From Dudresnaya verticillata (lineage: Eukaryota), in NCBI GenBank assembly GCA_977862235.1, contig OZ374561.1:1240001-1304000 (forward strand): DNA of 64,000 nt. The letters run 5' to 3'. The notes below the pieces were generated by a model. It did no database searches and was not told the DNA's origin. It saw nothing but the letters and a program-made list of their open reading frames with translations. Position 1 is the stretch's first letter, and the number at the start of each line of letters is the position of its first letter. This document shows positions 46,701 through 58,505 of this stretch, one piece after another. Position numbers and translations under genes: made by a program.

Positions 46701-49700
46701 ATAATGGTAAATCTGCAAAGGTAGAAATCGCCGGTGCATCGGTTGAGATGACTACTGTTGTTCCTCCGAACGACCAAGGAACGTATGCCGACAGTGGAGC
46801 AACTGTGCATTGCTTCCACTCAATGACTTCTTTTGTACCGAGCTCAGTATCGCGCTGCGAAAAGCGTACTGTAGTGCTTGCGGACAAGTCGTCTGTCACC
46901 TCGGACCTATGTGGAGATGTGATTCTGCCGTTTGAGCATGCCAATATTCGGCTCAAGAAGGCCCTCTTCATCCCGCAGATGGGATACAATCTTGTCTCTA
47001 CTGGGCGTTTGGCAGATAAAGGAATTGAATCCCACTTTCGCCGCTTGGACGTGCGCTTGGTACTCGACTCTGATGGGTACTATATTGGATCCGGTGTTCG
47101 CGATGCGAGTTCTGGAATGTACATGCTACCAGAACCCGAGCCGCACACTTCGGAGGAGCAAGTACTGGCTGTCCCCAGCACGCAGCAAACTACTGAGCTC
47201 TGGCATCGACGTCTTGCCCACATTAATTTTCGGGACTTGGCCAAAGTGCACGAGCATGTTGAGGGTGTTCCGGAGTTGGGCTCCACTCATGAAGTGTGTC
47301 GGGCTTGTAGACTTGGGAAAGCACACAAACAATCATTCCCAGGGCACTTCCGCCCGGCCAAAGCTGTCGGTGATCTCGTGCATTCCGACATTGTGGGTCC
47401 AATCCAGATCTCCTTTCCCGATCGTTTCCGGTATGCCACGACGTTTCTGGATGACAAATCCCGTTTCTTGGTCGTCGCATGTATGAGAAGTCGCCGTATG
47501 TTGAGTGCAGCATTTGATCAAGCTTCAGCAAAGTTTATCGAGCTTGGAGGAGCGGAAATAACAAAACTCCACTCAGACGGGGCTCAGGAGTATTTGGCTT
47601 TGCAGAAAGATTTGGGAGGAGTTGGAGACAGTGGCAAATCCTTCTCCCCACCTTATACTCCGGAGCTCAATGGAATCGCGGAAAGGGTGAACCGAACCAT
47701 GGTGGAAGCTGCCCTGACTTTGCTGATCCAGGCTGATCTACCGGGATGTTTGTGGCCGTTTGCACTGAAGCATGTCAACTACGTGCGCAATCGGGTACCA
47801 CACTCAACCGTTGGGGCTACGCCATACTCGGTCATGACAGGTGATGTTCCTGATTTAAAACATTTAAGAGTGTTTGGATGTGCTGCATATGTCCTAAGGC
47901 TCCCACGCGGATCCAAGTTCGAGTCTCGTGCACTTGAGGGGGTGCACCTGGAGACTCTAGAGCATGGGATCTACAGGATATTGGTCACTGGCGGTGACGG
48001 TATACCTCGTGTGGTTGAGTCGCGGCATGTCACATTCGACGAGTCCAAATTCCCGGGTGCTCCAAGCCTGTTGGAATATGGGCAGGACGAGGCAGATTCG
48101 GATGAAGATTACGAGTCTAACTCAGAGGCCTCTATTTTCAACTCGGACTCTGATGACGATGTGTCGCTGGGTAGCTTTGAGGATGAAGAGGATGCAATTG
48201 AAGTTGACACACCTTCTTCAGCTCCACTACCTCCATCAGAACCCAGCTCATTCGAATCTGATGACACGGCTGAGGAAGAAAACGTCTCTGATAATCCTCC
48301 GGCTGGTGTGAGTTCAGACCCAGAACGCCAGCAACAGAGTCGATATCCTCGTCGCCAACGTCGCCAGACGTCGAAATGGTTTATGGCAAGCTCTGCACAA
48401 GCTGAACAACAGGTTGCCCTCACAACGGGAGATGAGCCCACTCTTCGAGAGGCCATGTCTGCCACTCCGGAGGAGCGCGGGTTGTGGCAATCTGCCATTG
48501 ATGATGAGTTCGCATCCTTGGAATCCAAAGGCACTTGGGTCCGTGATGACAGTCCCGATGCACAGCCGCTTCCAACGCACGCCGTGCTGAAAGTTAAACG
48601 CAAGTCCGACGGGACGGTCGAGCGCTTCAAAGCGCGGGTCGTCGCTGGTGGAAACTTCCAGACGTATGGTGAAGACTATTCAACTACATGGAAACATACG
48701 CCCCAGTTGTGTCGTTCTCGCTGGTGCGCATGTTCCTATACTTGGTACTGTGTTTGAACCTGTTTGTTGCACAGCTAGACGTGAAGACGGCTTTCCTGAA
48801 TGGTGATCTGGCAGAACATGTGTGGGTAATGTCACCGCGTGGGATTCCTGGAAGGGAATCTCTCTGTTACAAACTTCTGAAAGCTATGTATGGGCTAAAA
48901 CAGGCTCACCTAGCTTGGCACACCAAGCTGTGTGGTGACCTTGCTAGGATGATGTTTGAGGAATTGCCAAGTGCGCCTTGCGTGTTTCGTCGCAGATCCA
49001 AGTCTTCTGGATATACATACATCTTGGTGTACGTTGATGACTTGCTCATTCTGGCGCCCACAAAATCGGAGAGAGACGCCATTGTTAAGGAGCTGCAGGG
49101 CCTCTACGATCTACGGCTGTCTGAAGGGGTTGACCTCTTCCTCGGAGTCGAGCTTGGATGGAAGCTAGACTCTGATGGCAGATTTGTGTCCCTCAAGATG
49201 ACTCAACAGGTCTACACGGAAAGTGTTCTTCGTCGATTTGGACTTCAGAACTCTAAGCCGGCTTGTACGCCGATGGTTGAGTCTTTCTTCACTGGACTTG
49301 CCGCCGAAGAGGACAAGGCCGTCGTGTCGGTTGAGACGTACCAGCAGATGATCGGGTCACTTCTGTACTTGGGGCTTCGCACAAGGCTGGACATTTTGGC
49401 CTCTGTGCTTATCCTCGCACGGTTCCAGAAGGCTCCAACTGCGTACTGTCACCGTGGTGTAAAGAGGGTTCTGCGATATCTTCGAGGCACTCACAAGCAT
49501 GGAGTTACGTACCAGTCCGGAAGCACTCGTATCCAAGCTTATGTGGACGCTGACTATGCCGGTGACACCACAGACCGAAAATCTATGTCTGGTTACATGG
49601 TGAAACTGGGAGATGCAGTGTGTATTTGGGGATCCAAGAAGCAGTCAACTGTTGCTCTCTCAACTTGCGAGTCGGAGTACTATGCAATGACTCTGGCTGC

Positions 49701-51045
49701 GAAAGAGACGGTTTGGGTCACGCGAGTGCTGAAGGAGGCCGACTTGAACGTCGAAGGCCCGGTTCCATTGAGATCAGACAACCAGTCTGCCATCAATTGG
49801 GCTACTGGAGAACGCTGTCCGTCTGGTCGTGCCAAGCACATCGACGTTCGTGTACACTTCATTCGCGAACTTGTCGCCGACTCTGTTCTGGAAGTGGTGT
49901 ATGTGCCGTCAGAAGACAACGACGCGGACTTGCTGACAAAGCCACTCGGGCCCACTTTGCTCAATAGGATTCTACCAAGGGTTGGACTTGGAGGAGCCAT
50001 CGAGGAGGAGTGTTGAGGACATGGTCGCTGGCGCCTCACGTCACGGGTCAGGTACCCCAGATGGTACCCTGGCACGCTTTCACCAAACCTTCCGGAGACG
50101 ACAGCCCTTTTTCCGGGCTTCCAAAATCACGGCGCATTTAGGCCTTTTGCAAAAGCAACGTGAAACGGGCTTCTGATTGGTTGTTACAAACCGCCTCCAT
50201 GGTCTATATGGCTTACAAGTGTTGTGCTGGAATTGGCGGTTATAACAGGAACGGCCAAGTGGAACGATCTGATTGGACCACATGGATGCACGTGGTATGG
50301 CATGGAATGGTACTGGTATGACGCGCACTGTACTCCACAAGTACATATGAACGTGCCATGCAATGTGCTGATGGCGTCTGAGTTGGTACTGCAGGGACTT
50401 GCGCTACGTGGAGCCTGGCTTGTGATATCAGCAGATGCAGTTGTCGTGCGGCCGACACGTCGGTTTACAGTTGCCACGTAGCTGTCGTGCGGCCGACACG
50501 TTGGTTTACAGTTATCACGTAGCTGTCGTGCGGCCGACACGTTGGTTTACAGCTGCCACGTAGGCAAATCTGGGTGATTACGTGGTCAATGATCCAAGTT
50601 GGATATTCATGGACGGACTTGAGCTGGTAAGTGCGGCCACGTGGTGTGCAGCGTTGTCCGACAGCAGCCATGCGGGGACACTCGATACTTTCACGTTCCC
50701 GCCCAAAGTTGGAGTACATATATGGATGGCAGGAAATGCGGTCGCAAGAGGGATTGCTGATGTCAGCAGTTAGCAACACTGGTGTGCAAGTTCCCGCCCA
50801 TTTTGGTGGCGGATGTGAGTGTGCTGAGAGTATGATTTGGTAGATTTAATTGCTTTACTTTTTCCCGCCCATTTGATGATAGGGATTTTGGGCGTATCTT
50901 TAATGATTTGTTTTGTTTGTGTTCACGCAGCAACTCATCCGAAAAGCTGATATAAGCCATGTCGGATGGTCGACTGCAGTAAACGAAGTCAAGCGACTTC
51001 TATTTCTCATCTTGTTCAACTCCAACCTCTCCATATTCCTTTTCA
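43770..51045 (+). mobile_element. Copia F: 5' LTR 43770-44734 (first ~68 bp missing), PBS 44735-44748, gag-pol, PPT 50002-50010, 3' LTR 50011-51045
   Basis: The two LTRs share private variants (CACGTCGGTTT, GACTTCTATTT). Right flank ACGAG. Confidence 0.96.
45671..50016 (+). pseudogene. gag-pol: Full-length Copia gag-pol of F, frameshifted by an 8-bp insertion at 48679-48686
   Basis: ORFs 45671-48757 and 48688-50016 cover gag-PR-IN-RT-RH in Copia order. Confidence 0.95.
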
Positions 51046-54000
51046 ACGAGGTATACCGTCACCGCCAGTGACCGATATCCTGTAGATCCCATGCTCTAGA
51101 GTCTCCAAGTGCACCCCCTCAAGTGCACGAGACTCGAACTTGGATCCGCGTGGGAGCCTTAGGACATATGCAGCACATCCAAACACTCTTAAATGTTTTA
51201 AATCAGGAACATCACCTGTCATGACCGAGTATGGCGTAGCCCCAACGGTTGAGTGTGGTACCCGATTGCGCACGTAGTTGACATGCTTCAGTGCAAACGG
51301 CCACAAACATCCCGGTAGATCAGCCTGGATCAGCAAAGTCAGCGCAGCTTCCACCATGGTTCGGTTCACCCTTTCCGCGATTCCATTGAGCTCCGGAGTA
51401 TAAGGTGGGGAGAAGGATTTGCCACTGTCTCCAACTCCTCCCAAATCTTTCTGCAAAGCCAAATACTCCTGAGCCCCGTCTGAGTGGAGTTTTGTTATTT
51501 CCGCTCCTCCAAGCTCGATAAACTTTGCTGAAGCTTGATCAAATGCTGCACTCAACATACGGCGACTTCTCATACATGCGACGACCAAGAAACGGGATTT
51601 GTCATCCAGAAACGTCGTGGCATACCGGAAACGATCGGGAAAGGAGATCTGGATTGGACCAACAATATCGGAATGCACGAGATCACCGACAGCTTTGGCC
51701 GGGCGGAAGTGCCCTGGGAATGATTGTTTGTGTGCTTTCCCAAGTCTACAAGCCCGACACACTTCATGAGTGGAGCCCAACTCCGGAACACCCTCAACAT
51801 GCTCGTGCACTTTGGCCAAGTCCCGAAAATTAATGTGGGCAAGACGTCGATGCCAGAGCTCAGTAGTTTGCTGCGTGCTGGGGACAGCAAGTACTTGCTC
51901 CTCCGAAGTGTGCAGCTCGGGTTCTGGTAGCATGTACATTCCAGAACTCGCATCGCGAACACCGGATCCAATATAGTACCCATCAGAGTCGAGTACCAAG
52001 CGCACGTCCAAGCGGCGAAAGTGGGATTCAATTCCTTTATCTGCCAAACGCCCAGTAGAGACAAGATTGTATCCCATCTGCGGGATGAAGAGGGCCTTCT
52101 TGAGCCGAATATTGGCATGCTCAAACGGCAGAATCACATCTCCACATAGGTCTGAGGTGACAGACGACTTGTCCGCAAGCACTACAGTACGCTTTTCGCA
52201 GCGCGATACTGAGCTCAGTACAAAAGAAGTCATTGAGTGGAAGCAATGCACAGTTGCTCCACTGTCGGCATACGTTCCTTGGTCGTTCGGAGGAACAACA
52301 GTAGTCATCTCAACCGATGCACCGGCGATTTCTACCTTTGCAGATTTACCATTATTCTTACCAGATGCAGCTACCGCCGAGTTGGCGTTGCCCTTTTTGC
52401 CCTGGTTGGTGAACATCTGTCGCACCTTTGGAGGAAGCTTGTTGTTAGGATTTTCCGGATTGAGATAGCATCGATCCGCGGTGTGTCCATCCTTGTCGCA
52501 AACATCACAGTGAAGGTGCCGGTTCGGGGTGGAGTGAGCCTGCTTGGCGGACTTGAGTGCAACCGCCAACGCACGGACGGTGGATTCAATATCAGAAGAG
52601 TCATCGGAGTCGTCGTTGTCATCCAGCGGGTTGGGTTGCTGGCGAGAACCTGACGACGCGGACTTCTTTTTCTTCTTCCGACGACTCTTCGACTTACTGG
52701 ATCTCCCACCTGCGTTTGATCCATGACAATCTTTGGCGTTGTACTCATCGATCAGCGTGGTTGCGACGTAGTCCCAAGTCAGCTCAGCAGCATCTTTGGT
52801 GCGAAGAGCTGCAGCTGTTGACTCCAGGTGGCAGGACGGATCAATGGAAGCAAGCAGCATAGGTGCCTTATGTGTCTCCGGTATCGCCGAGTCGTTGCCC
52901 ATGCGGTCGAGTTGGGCGAACAGTGACGTGTACTGGTCGACATAGTTGGACATATTCTGACCGGTGTACGCCATACGGAATAGCTTGGTCTGTACGGCGA
53001 TACGGGATACGGTTCGACTGGACGCATAGCGCGAGTCCAATAGCTCCAGCATGCGTTTGGGGCCATCATCAACCTCCATAACGACACGAAGCGGAGCATC
53101 ACCAAGTGCGGAGATAATGATCCCGCAAGCCTTCTCACGTTTGGCCAAGGTTCTGGCGTGAAGAATGGAAGTATCCGCTGAGGCCTCTCCAGTTGACTGT
53201 GAGCTGCTCGGTGTGTCGTTTGAGGTGTGGACAACATTCCAAACCCCTTTGATGCGGCATGCGGCACGAAGGCGATGACGCCAGAGACTGTAGTCGTCAC
53301 CTCTCCTGCCGTGGAAACGGGGTATCTTGACCCCGCTCGAAGTATCCATCTCGGCTTCGGTATCAGTCATCGCTGTTGCGACTGATGGTGAGAAGAGATA
53401 ACTTGAATAGTTTTAGAAAACTTGGTGAACTTGGGGCAGTGCTGTTAGTGCAACAGTGTCGATGCCCAGAGGGTAATAGTCGTGTTAAGCAGAGCAGTGC
53501 AGCTCACACAACGAAGACGTGACGACGAAACTGAGAAATGTGTCGAACACGTCGGTAATATAATACAGTCACAAGCGGAGCACACTTTGCCAAGTAGCTC
53601 CCACGCTTGGAGTAATGAAACTCTCAGGTGATGATGGGATCACCTGGACTGAAGAAGAAAAGTTGAAACTTGAAGTTGAAAAGTTGATTCTTGATAGTTG
53701 AACGTCTTTTTGACGCGGGATGTTCTGGCACCAGGTTCTACCTAGTCACCCCTAGGAGTCGGACTCCTGGCCCCCGGATATGATTCTCCGGGTGAAATGC
53801 GTCTTTCAGCAGCCCTTTCGTGTCGTGCGCACACAGACACGAAGTATGCAATCCTTACGAGACGTCCACCTTATGGGTACTAACTCAAAACGAGTGTTCA
53901 CCACACGAACAGGTCCAGTCTCTTGCAGGAATGGAACTAGGCCCAACCGTGTCAAGGTTCTGGATCTTACTGGAGGCTGCTCCCCTAGGCCAACGAGGTC

Positions 54001-55380
54001 CTGACTTAACGAGAGTCACCACGCACAACACTCAACCTCTCAGCAAGCTCACGGACCAAGACAACAGCGGACGAGAGCCTCGAGAACTCTCTCACAAAAT
54101 CAGAGACACAAGCCGACACAGTGGGATAGGGACCACTTTCAACAGACAACAAGCAGACAGGACAGGACACAAGCCGACAGGACAGGACACAAGCAGACAG
54201 GACAGGCCAGGACGGGACAGGACAGTATCAAGAATGAAAAGAAAAAGGAAGAAGGTTGCAGCGAAGCGATGAAGTCTGCGTGGGTCGACCTTCTGGGCCC
54301 ATAACCTGAAAAGGAATATGGAGAGGTTGAAGTTGAACAAGATGAGAAATGGAAGTCGCTTGACTTCGTTTACTGCAGTCGACCATCCGACAAGGCTTAT
54401 ATCAGCTTTTCGGATGAGTTGCTGCGTGAATACAAACAAAACAAATCATTAAAGAAACGCCCAAAATCCCTATCATCAAATGGGCGGGAAAAAGTAAAGC
54501 AATTAAATCTACCAAATCATACTCTCAGCACACTCACATCCGCCACCAAAATGGGCGGGAACTTGCACACCAGTGTTGCTAACTGCTGACATCAGCAATC
54601 CCTCTTGCGACCGCATTTCCTGCCATCCATATGGACTCCAACTTTGGGCGGGAACGTGAAAGTATCGAGTGTCCCCGCATGGCTGCTGTCGGACAACACT
54701 GCACACCACGTGGCCGCACTTACCAGCTCAAGTCCGTCCATGAATATCCAACTTGGATCATTGACCACGTAATCACCCAGATTTGCCTACGTGGCAGCTG
54801 TAAACCAACGTATCGGCCGCACGACAGCTACGTGATAACTGTAAACCAACGTGTCGGCCGCACGACAGCTACGTGCCAACTGTAAACCAACGTGTCGGCC
54901 GCACAACAGCTACGTGCCAACTGTAAACCAACGTGTCGGCCGCACAACAACTGCATCTGCTGATATCACAAGTCAGGCTCCACGTAGCGCAAGTCCCTGC
55001 AGTACCAACTCGGACGCCGTCAGCACACTGCATGGCACGTTCATGTGTACTTGTGGAGTACAGTGCGAGTCATACCAACACCATTCCATGCCATACCACG
55101 TGCATCCATGTGGTCCAATCAGATCGTTCCACTTGGCCGTTCCTGTTATAACCGCCAATTCCAGCACAACACTTGTAAGCCATATAGACCATGGAGGCGG
55201 TTTGTAACAACCAATCAGAAGCCCGTTTCACGTTGCTTTTGCAAAAGGCCTAAATGCGCCGTGATTTTGGAAGCCCGGAAAAAGGGCTGTCGTCTCCGGA
55301 AGGTTTGGTGACAGCGTGCCAGGGTGCCATCTGGGGTGCCTGACCCGTGACGTGAGGCGCCAGCGACCATGTCCTCAACA
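51046..55380 (-). mobile_element. Copia G: 5' half (LTR 54307-55380, PBS 54293-54306, gag-PR-IN 53370-51046), interrupted by F
   Basis: 775-aa ORF ending at GIPR against the F LTR. The LTR is 1,074 bp with four 41-bp repeats. Confidence 0.94.
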
Positions 55381-57472
55381 CTCCTCCTCGATGGCTCCTC
55401 CAAGTCCAACCCTTGGTAGAATCCTATTGAGCAAAGTGGGCCCGAGTGGCTTTGTCAGCAAGTCCGCGTCGTTGTCTTCTGACGGCACATACACCACTTC
55501 CAGAACAGAGTCGGCGACAAGCTCGCGAATGAAGTGAACACGAACGTCGATATGCTTGGCACGACCAGACGGACAGCGTTCTCCAGTAGCCCAATTGATG
55601 GCAGACTGGTTGTCTGATCTCAATGGAACGGGGCCTTCGACGTTCAAGTCGGCCTCCTTCAGCACTCGCGTGACCCAAACCGTCTCTTTCGCAGCCAGAG
55701 TCATTGCATAGTACTCCGACTCGCAAGTTGAGAGAGCAACAGTTGACTGCTTCTTGGATCCCCAAATACACACTGCATCTCCCAGTTTCACCATGTAACC
55801 AGACATAGATTTTCGGTCTGTGGTGTCACCGGCATAGTCAGCGTCCACATAAGCTTGGATACGAGTGGTTCCGGACTGGTACGTAACTCCATGCTTGTGA
55901 GTGCCTCGGAGATATCGCAGAACCCTCTTTGCACCGCGGTGACAGTACGCAGTTGGAGCCTTCTGGAACCGTGCGAGAATAAGCACAGAGGCCAAAATGT
56001 CCAGCCTTGTGCGAAGCCCCAAGTACAGAAGTGACCCGATCATCTGCTGGTACGTCTCAACCGACACGACGGCCTTGTCCTCTTCGGCGGCAAGTCCAGT
56101 GAAGAAAGACTCAACCATCGGCGTACAAGCCGGCTTAGAGTTCTGAAGTCCAAATCGACGAAGAACACTTTCCGTGTAGACCTGTTGAGTCATCTTGAGG
56201 GACACAAATCTGCCATCAGAGTCTAGCTTCCATCCAAGCTCGACTCCGAGGAAGAGGTCAACCCCTTCAGACAGCCGTAGATCGTAGAGGCCCTACAGTT
56301 CCTTAACAATGGCGTCTCTCTCCGCCTTTGTGGGCGCGAGGATGAGCAAGTCATCAACGTACACCAAGATGTATGCGTATCCAGAAGACTTGGATTTGCG
56401 ACGAAACACGCAAGGTGCACTTGGCAATTCCTCAAACATCATCCTAGCAAGGTCACCACACAGCTTGGTGTGCCAAGCTAGGTGAGCCTGTTTTAGCCCA
56501 TACATAGCTTTCAGAAGTTTGTAACAGAGAGATTCCCTTCCAGGAATCCCACGCGGTGACATTACCCACACGTGTTCTGCCAGATCACCATTCAGGAAAG
56601 CCGTCTTCACGTCTAGCTGTGCAACAAACAGGTTCAAACACAGTACCAAGTATAGGAACATGCGCACCAGCGAGAACGACACAACTGGGGCGTATGTTTC
56701 CATGTAGTCTTCACCATACGTCTGGAAGTTTCCACCAGCGACGACCCGCGCTTTGAAGCGCTCGACGGTCCCGTCGGACTTGCGTTTAACTTTCAGCACG
56801 GCGTGCGTTGGAAGCGGCTGTGCACCGGGACTGTCATCACGGACCCAAGTGCCTTTGGATTCCAAGGATGCGAACTCATCATCAATGGCAGATTGCCACA
56901 ACCCGCGCTCCTCCGGAGTGGCAGACATGGCCTCTCGAAGAGTGGGCTCATCTCCAGTTGTGAGGGCAACCTGTTGTTCAGCTTGTGCAGAGCTTGCCAT
57001 AAACCATTTCGACGTCTGGCGACGTTGGCGACGAGGATATCGACTCTGTTGGTGGCGTTCTGGGTCTGAACTCACACCAGCCGGAGGATTGTCAGAGACG
57101 TTTTCTTCCTCAGCCGTGTCATCAGATTCGAATGAGCTGGGTTCTGATGGAGGTAGTGGAGGTGAAGAAGGTGTGTCAACTTCAATTGCATCCTCTTCAT
57201 CCTCAAAGTTACCCAGCGATACATCGTCATCAGAGTCCGAGTTGCAAATAGAGGCCTCTGAGTTAGACTCGTAATCTTCATCCGAATCTGCCTCGTCCTG
57301 CCCATATTCCAACAGGCTTGGAGCACCCGGGAATTTGGACTCGTCGAATGTGACATGCCGCGACTCAACCACACGAGGTATACCGTCACCGCCAGTGACC
57401 AATATCCTGTAGATCCCATGCTCTAGAGTCTCCAAGTGCACCCCCTCAAGTGCACGAGACTCGAACTTGGAT
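54307..57472 (-). mobile_element. Copia H: 3' half (IN tail, RT, RH, 57472-55375) sharing LTR 54307-55380 with G; nonsense codon at 56293-56295
   Basis: PPT and the EEEC-stop abut the LTR at 55380. CAG>TAG in RT. Ends at TGGAT (57468-57472). Confidence 0.93.
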
Positions 57473-58505
57473 TGAAAAGGAATATGGAGAGGTTGAAGTT
57501 GAACAAGATGAGAAATGGAAGTCGCTTGACTTCGTTTACTGCAGTCGATCATCCGACATGGCTTATATCAGCTTTTCGGATGAGTTGCTGCGTGAACACA
57601 AACAAAACAAATCATTAAAGAAACGCCCAAAATCCCTATCATCAAATGGGCGGGAAAAAGTAAAGCAATTAAATCTACCAAATCATGCTCTCAGCACACT
57701 CACATCCGCCACCAGAATGGGCGGGAACTTGTACACCAGTGTTGCTAACTGCTGACATCAGCAATCCCTCTTGCGACCGCATTTCCTGCCATCCATATGT
57801 ACTCCAACTTTGGGCGGGAACGTGAAAGTATCGAGTGTCCCCGCATGGCTGCTGTCGGACAACACTGCTCACCACGTGGCCGCACTTACCAGCTCAAGTC
57901 CGTCCATGAATATCCAACTTGGATCATTGACCACGTAATCACCCAGATTTGCCTACGTGGCAGCTGTAAACCAACGTGTCGGCCGCACGACAGCTACGTG
58001 ATAACTGTAAACCAACGTGTCGGGCGCACGACAGCTACGTGGCAACTGTAAACCAACGTGTCGGCCGCACGACAACTGCATCTGCTGATATCACAAGTCA
58101 GGCTCCACGTAGCGCAAGTCCCTGCAGTACCAACTCGGACGCCATCAGCACATTGCATGGCAGGTTCATGTGTACTTGTGGAGTACAGTGCGAGTCATAC
58201 CAACACCATTCCATGCCATACCACGTGCATCCATGTGGTCCAATCAGATCGTTCCACTTGGCCGTTCCTGTTATAACCGCCAATTCCAGCACAACACTTG
58301 TAAGCCATATAGACCATGGAGGCGGTTTGTAACAACCAATCAGAAGCCCGTTTCACGTTGCTTTTGCAAAAGGCCTAAATGCGCCGTGATTTTGGAAGCC
58401 CGGAAAAAGGGCTGTCGTCTCCGGAAGGTTTGGTGAAAGCGTGCCAGGGTACCATCTGGGGTACCTGACCCGTGACGTGAGGCGCCAGCGACCATGTCCT
58501 CAACA
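57473..58505 (-). mobile_element. Copia I: lone 1,033-bp LTR with mismatched flanks (recombinant LTR)
   Basis: No PBS or PPT adjacent. The left flank TGGAT lies in the integrase of H and the right flank ACCCG in the RT of J. Confidence 0.9.

Noticed and set aside
51046..55380. Segment G as the direct continuation of copy C
   Set aside because: The TSDs do not match (ATATT versus ACGAG), 64 bp are missing, and the LTRs at 34214 and 54307 differ at many sites and in repeat number. Treated as separate copies, though not proven.
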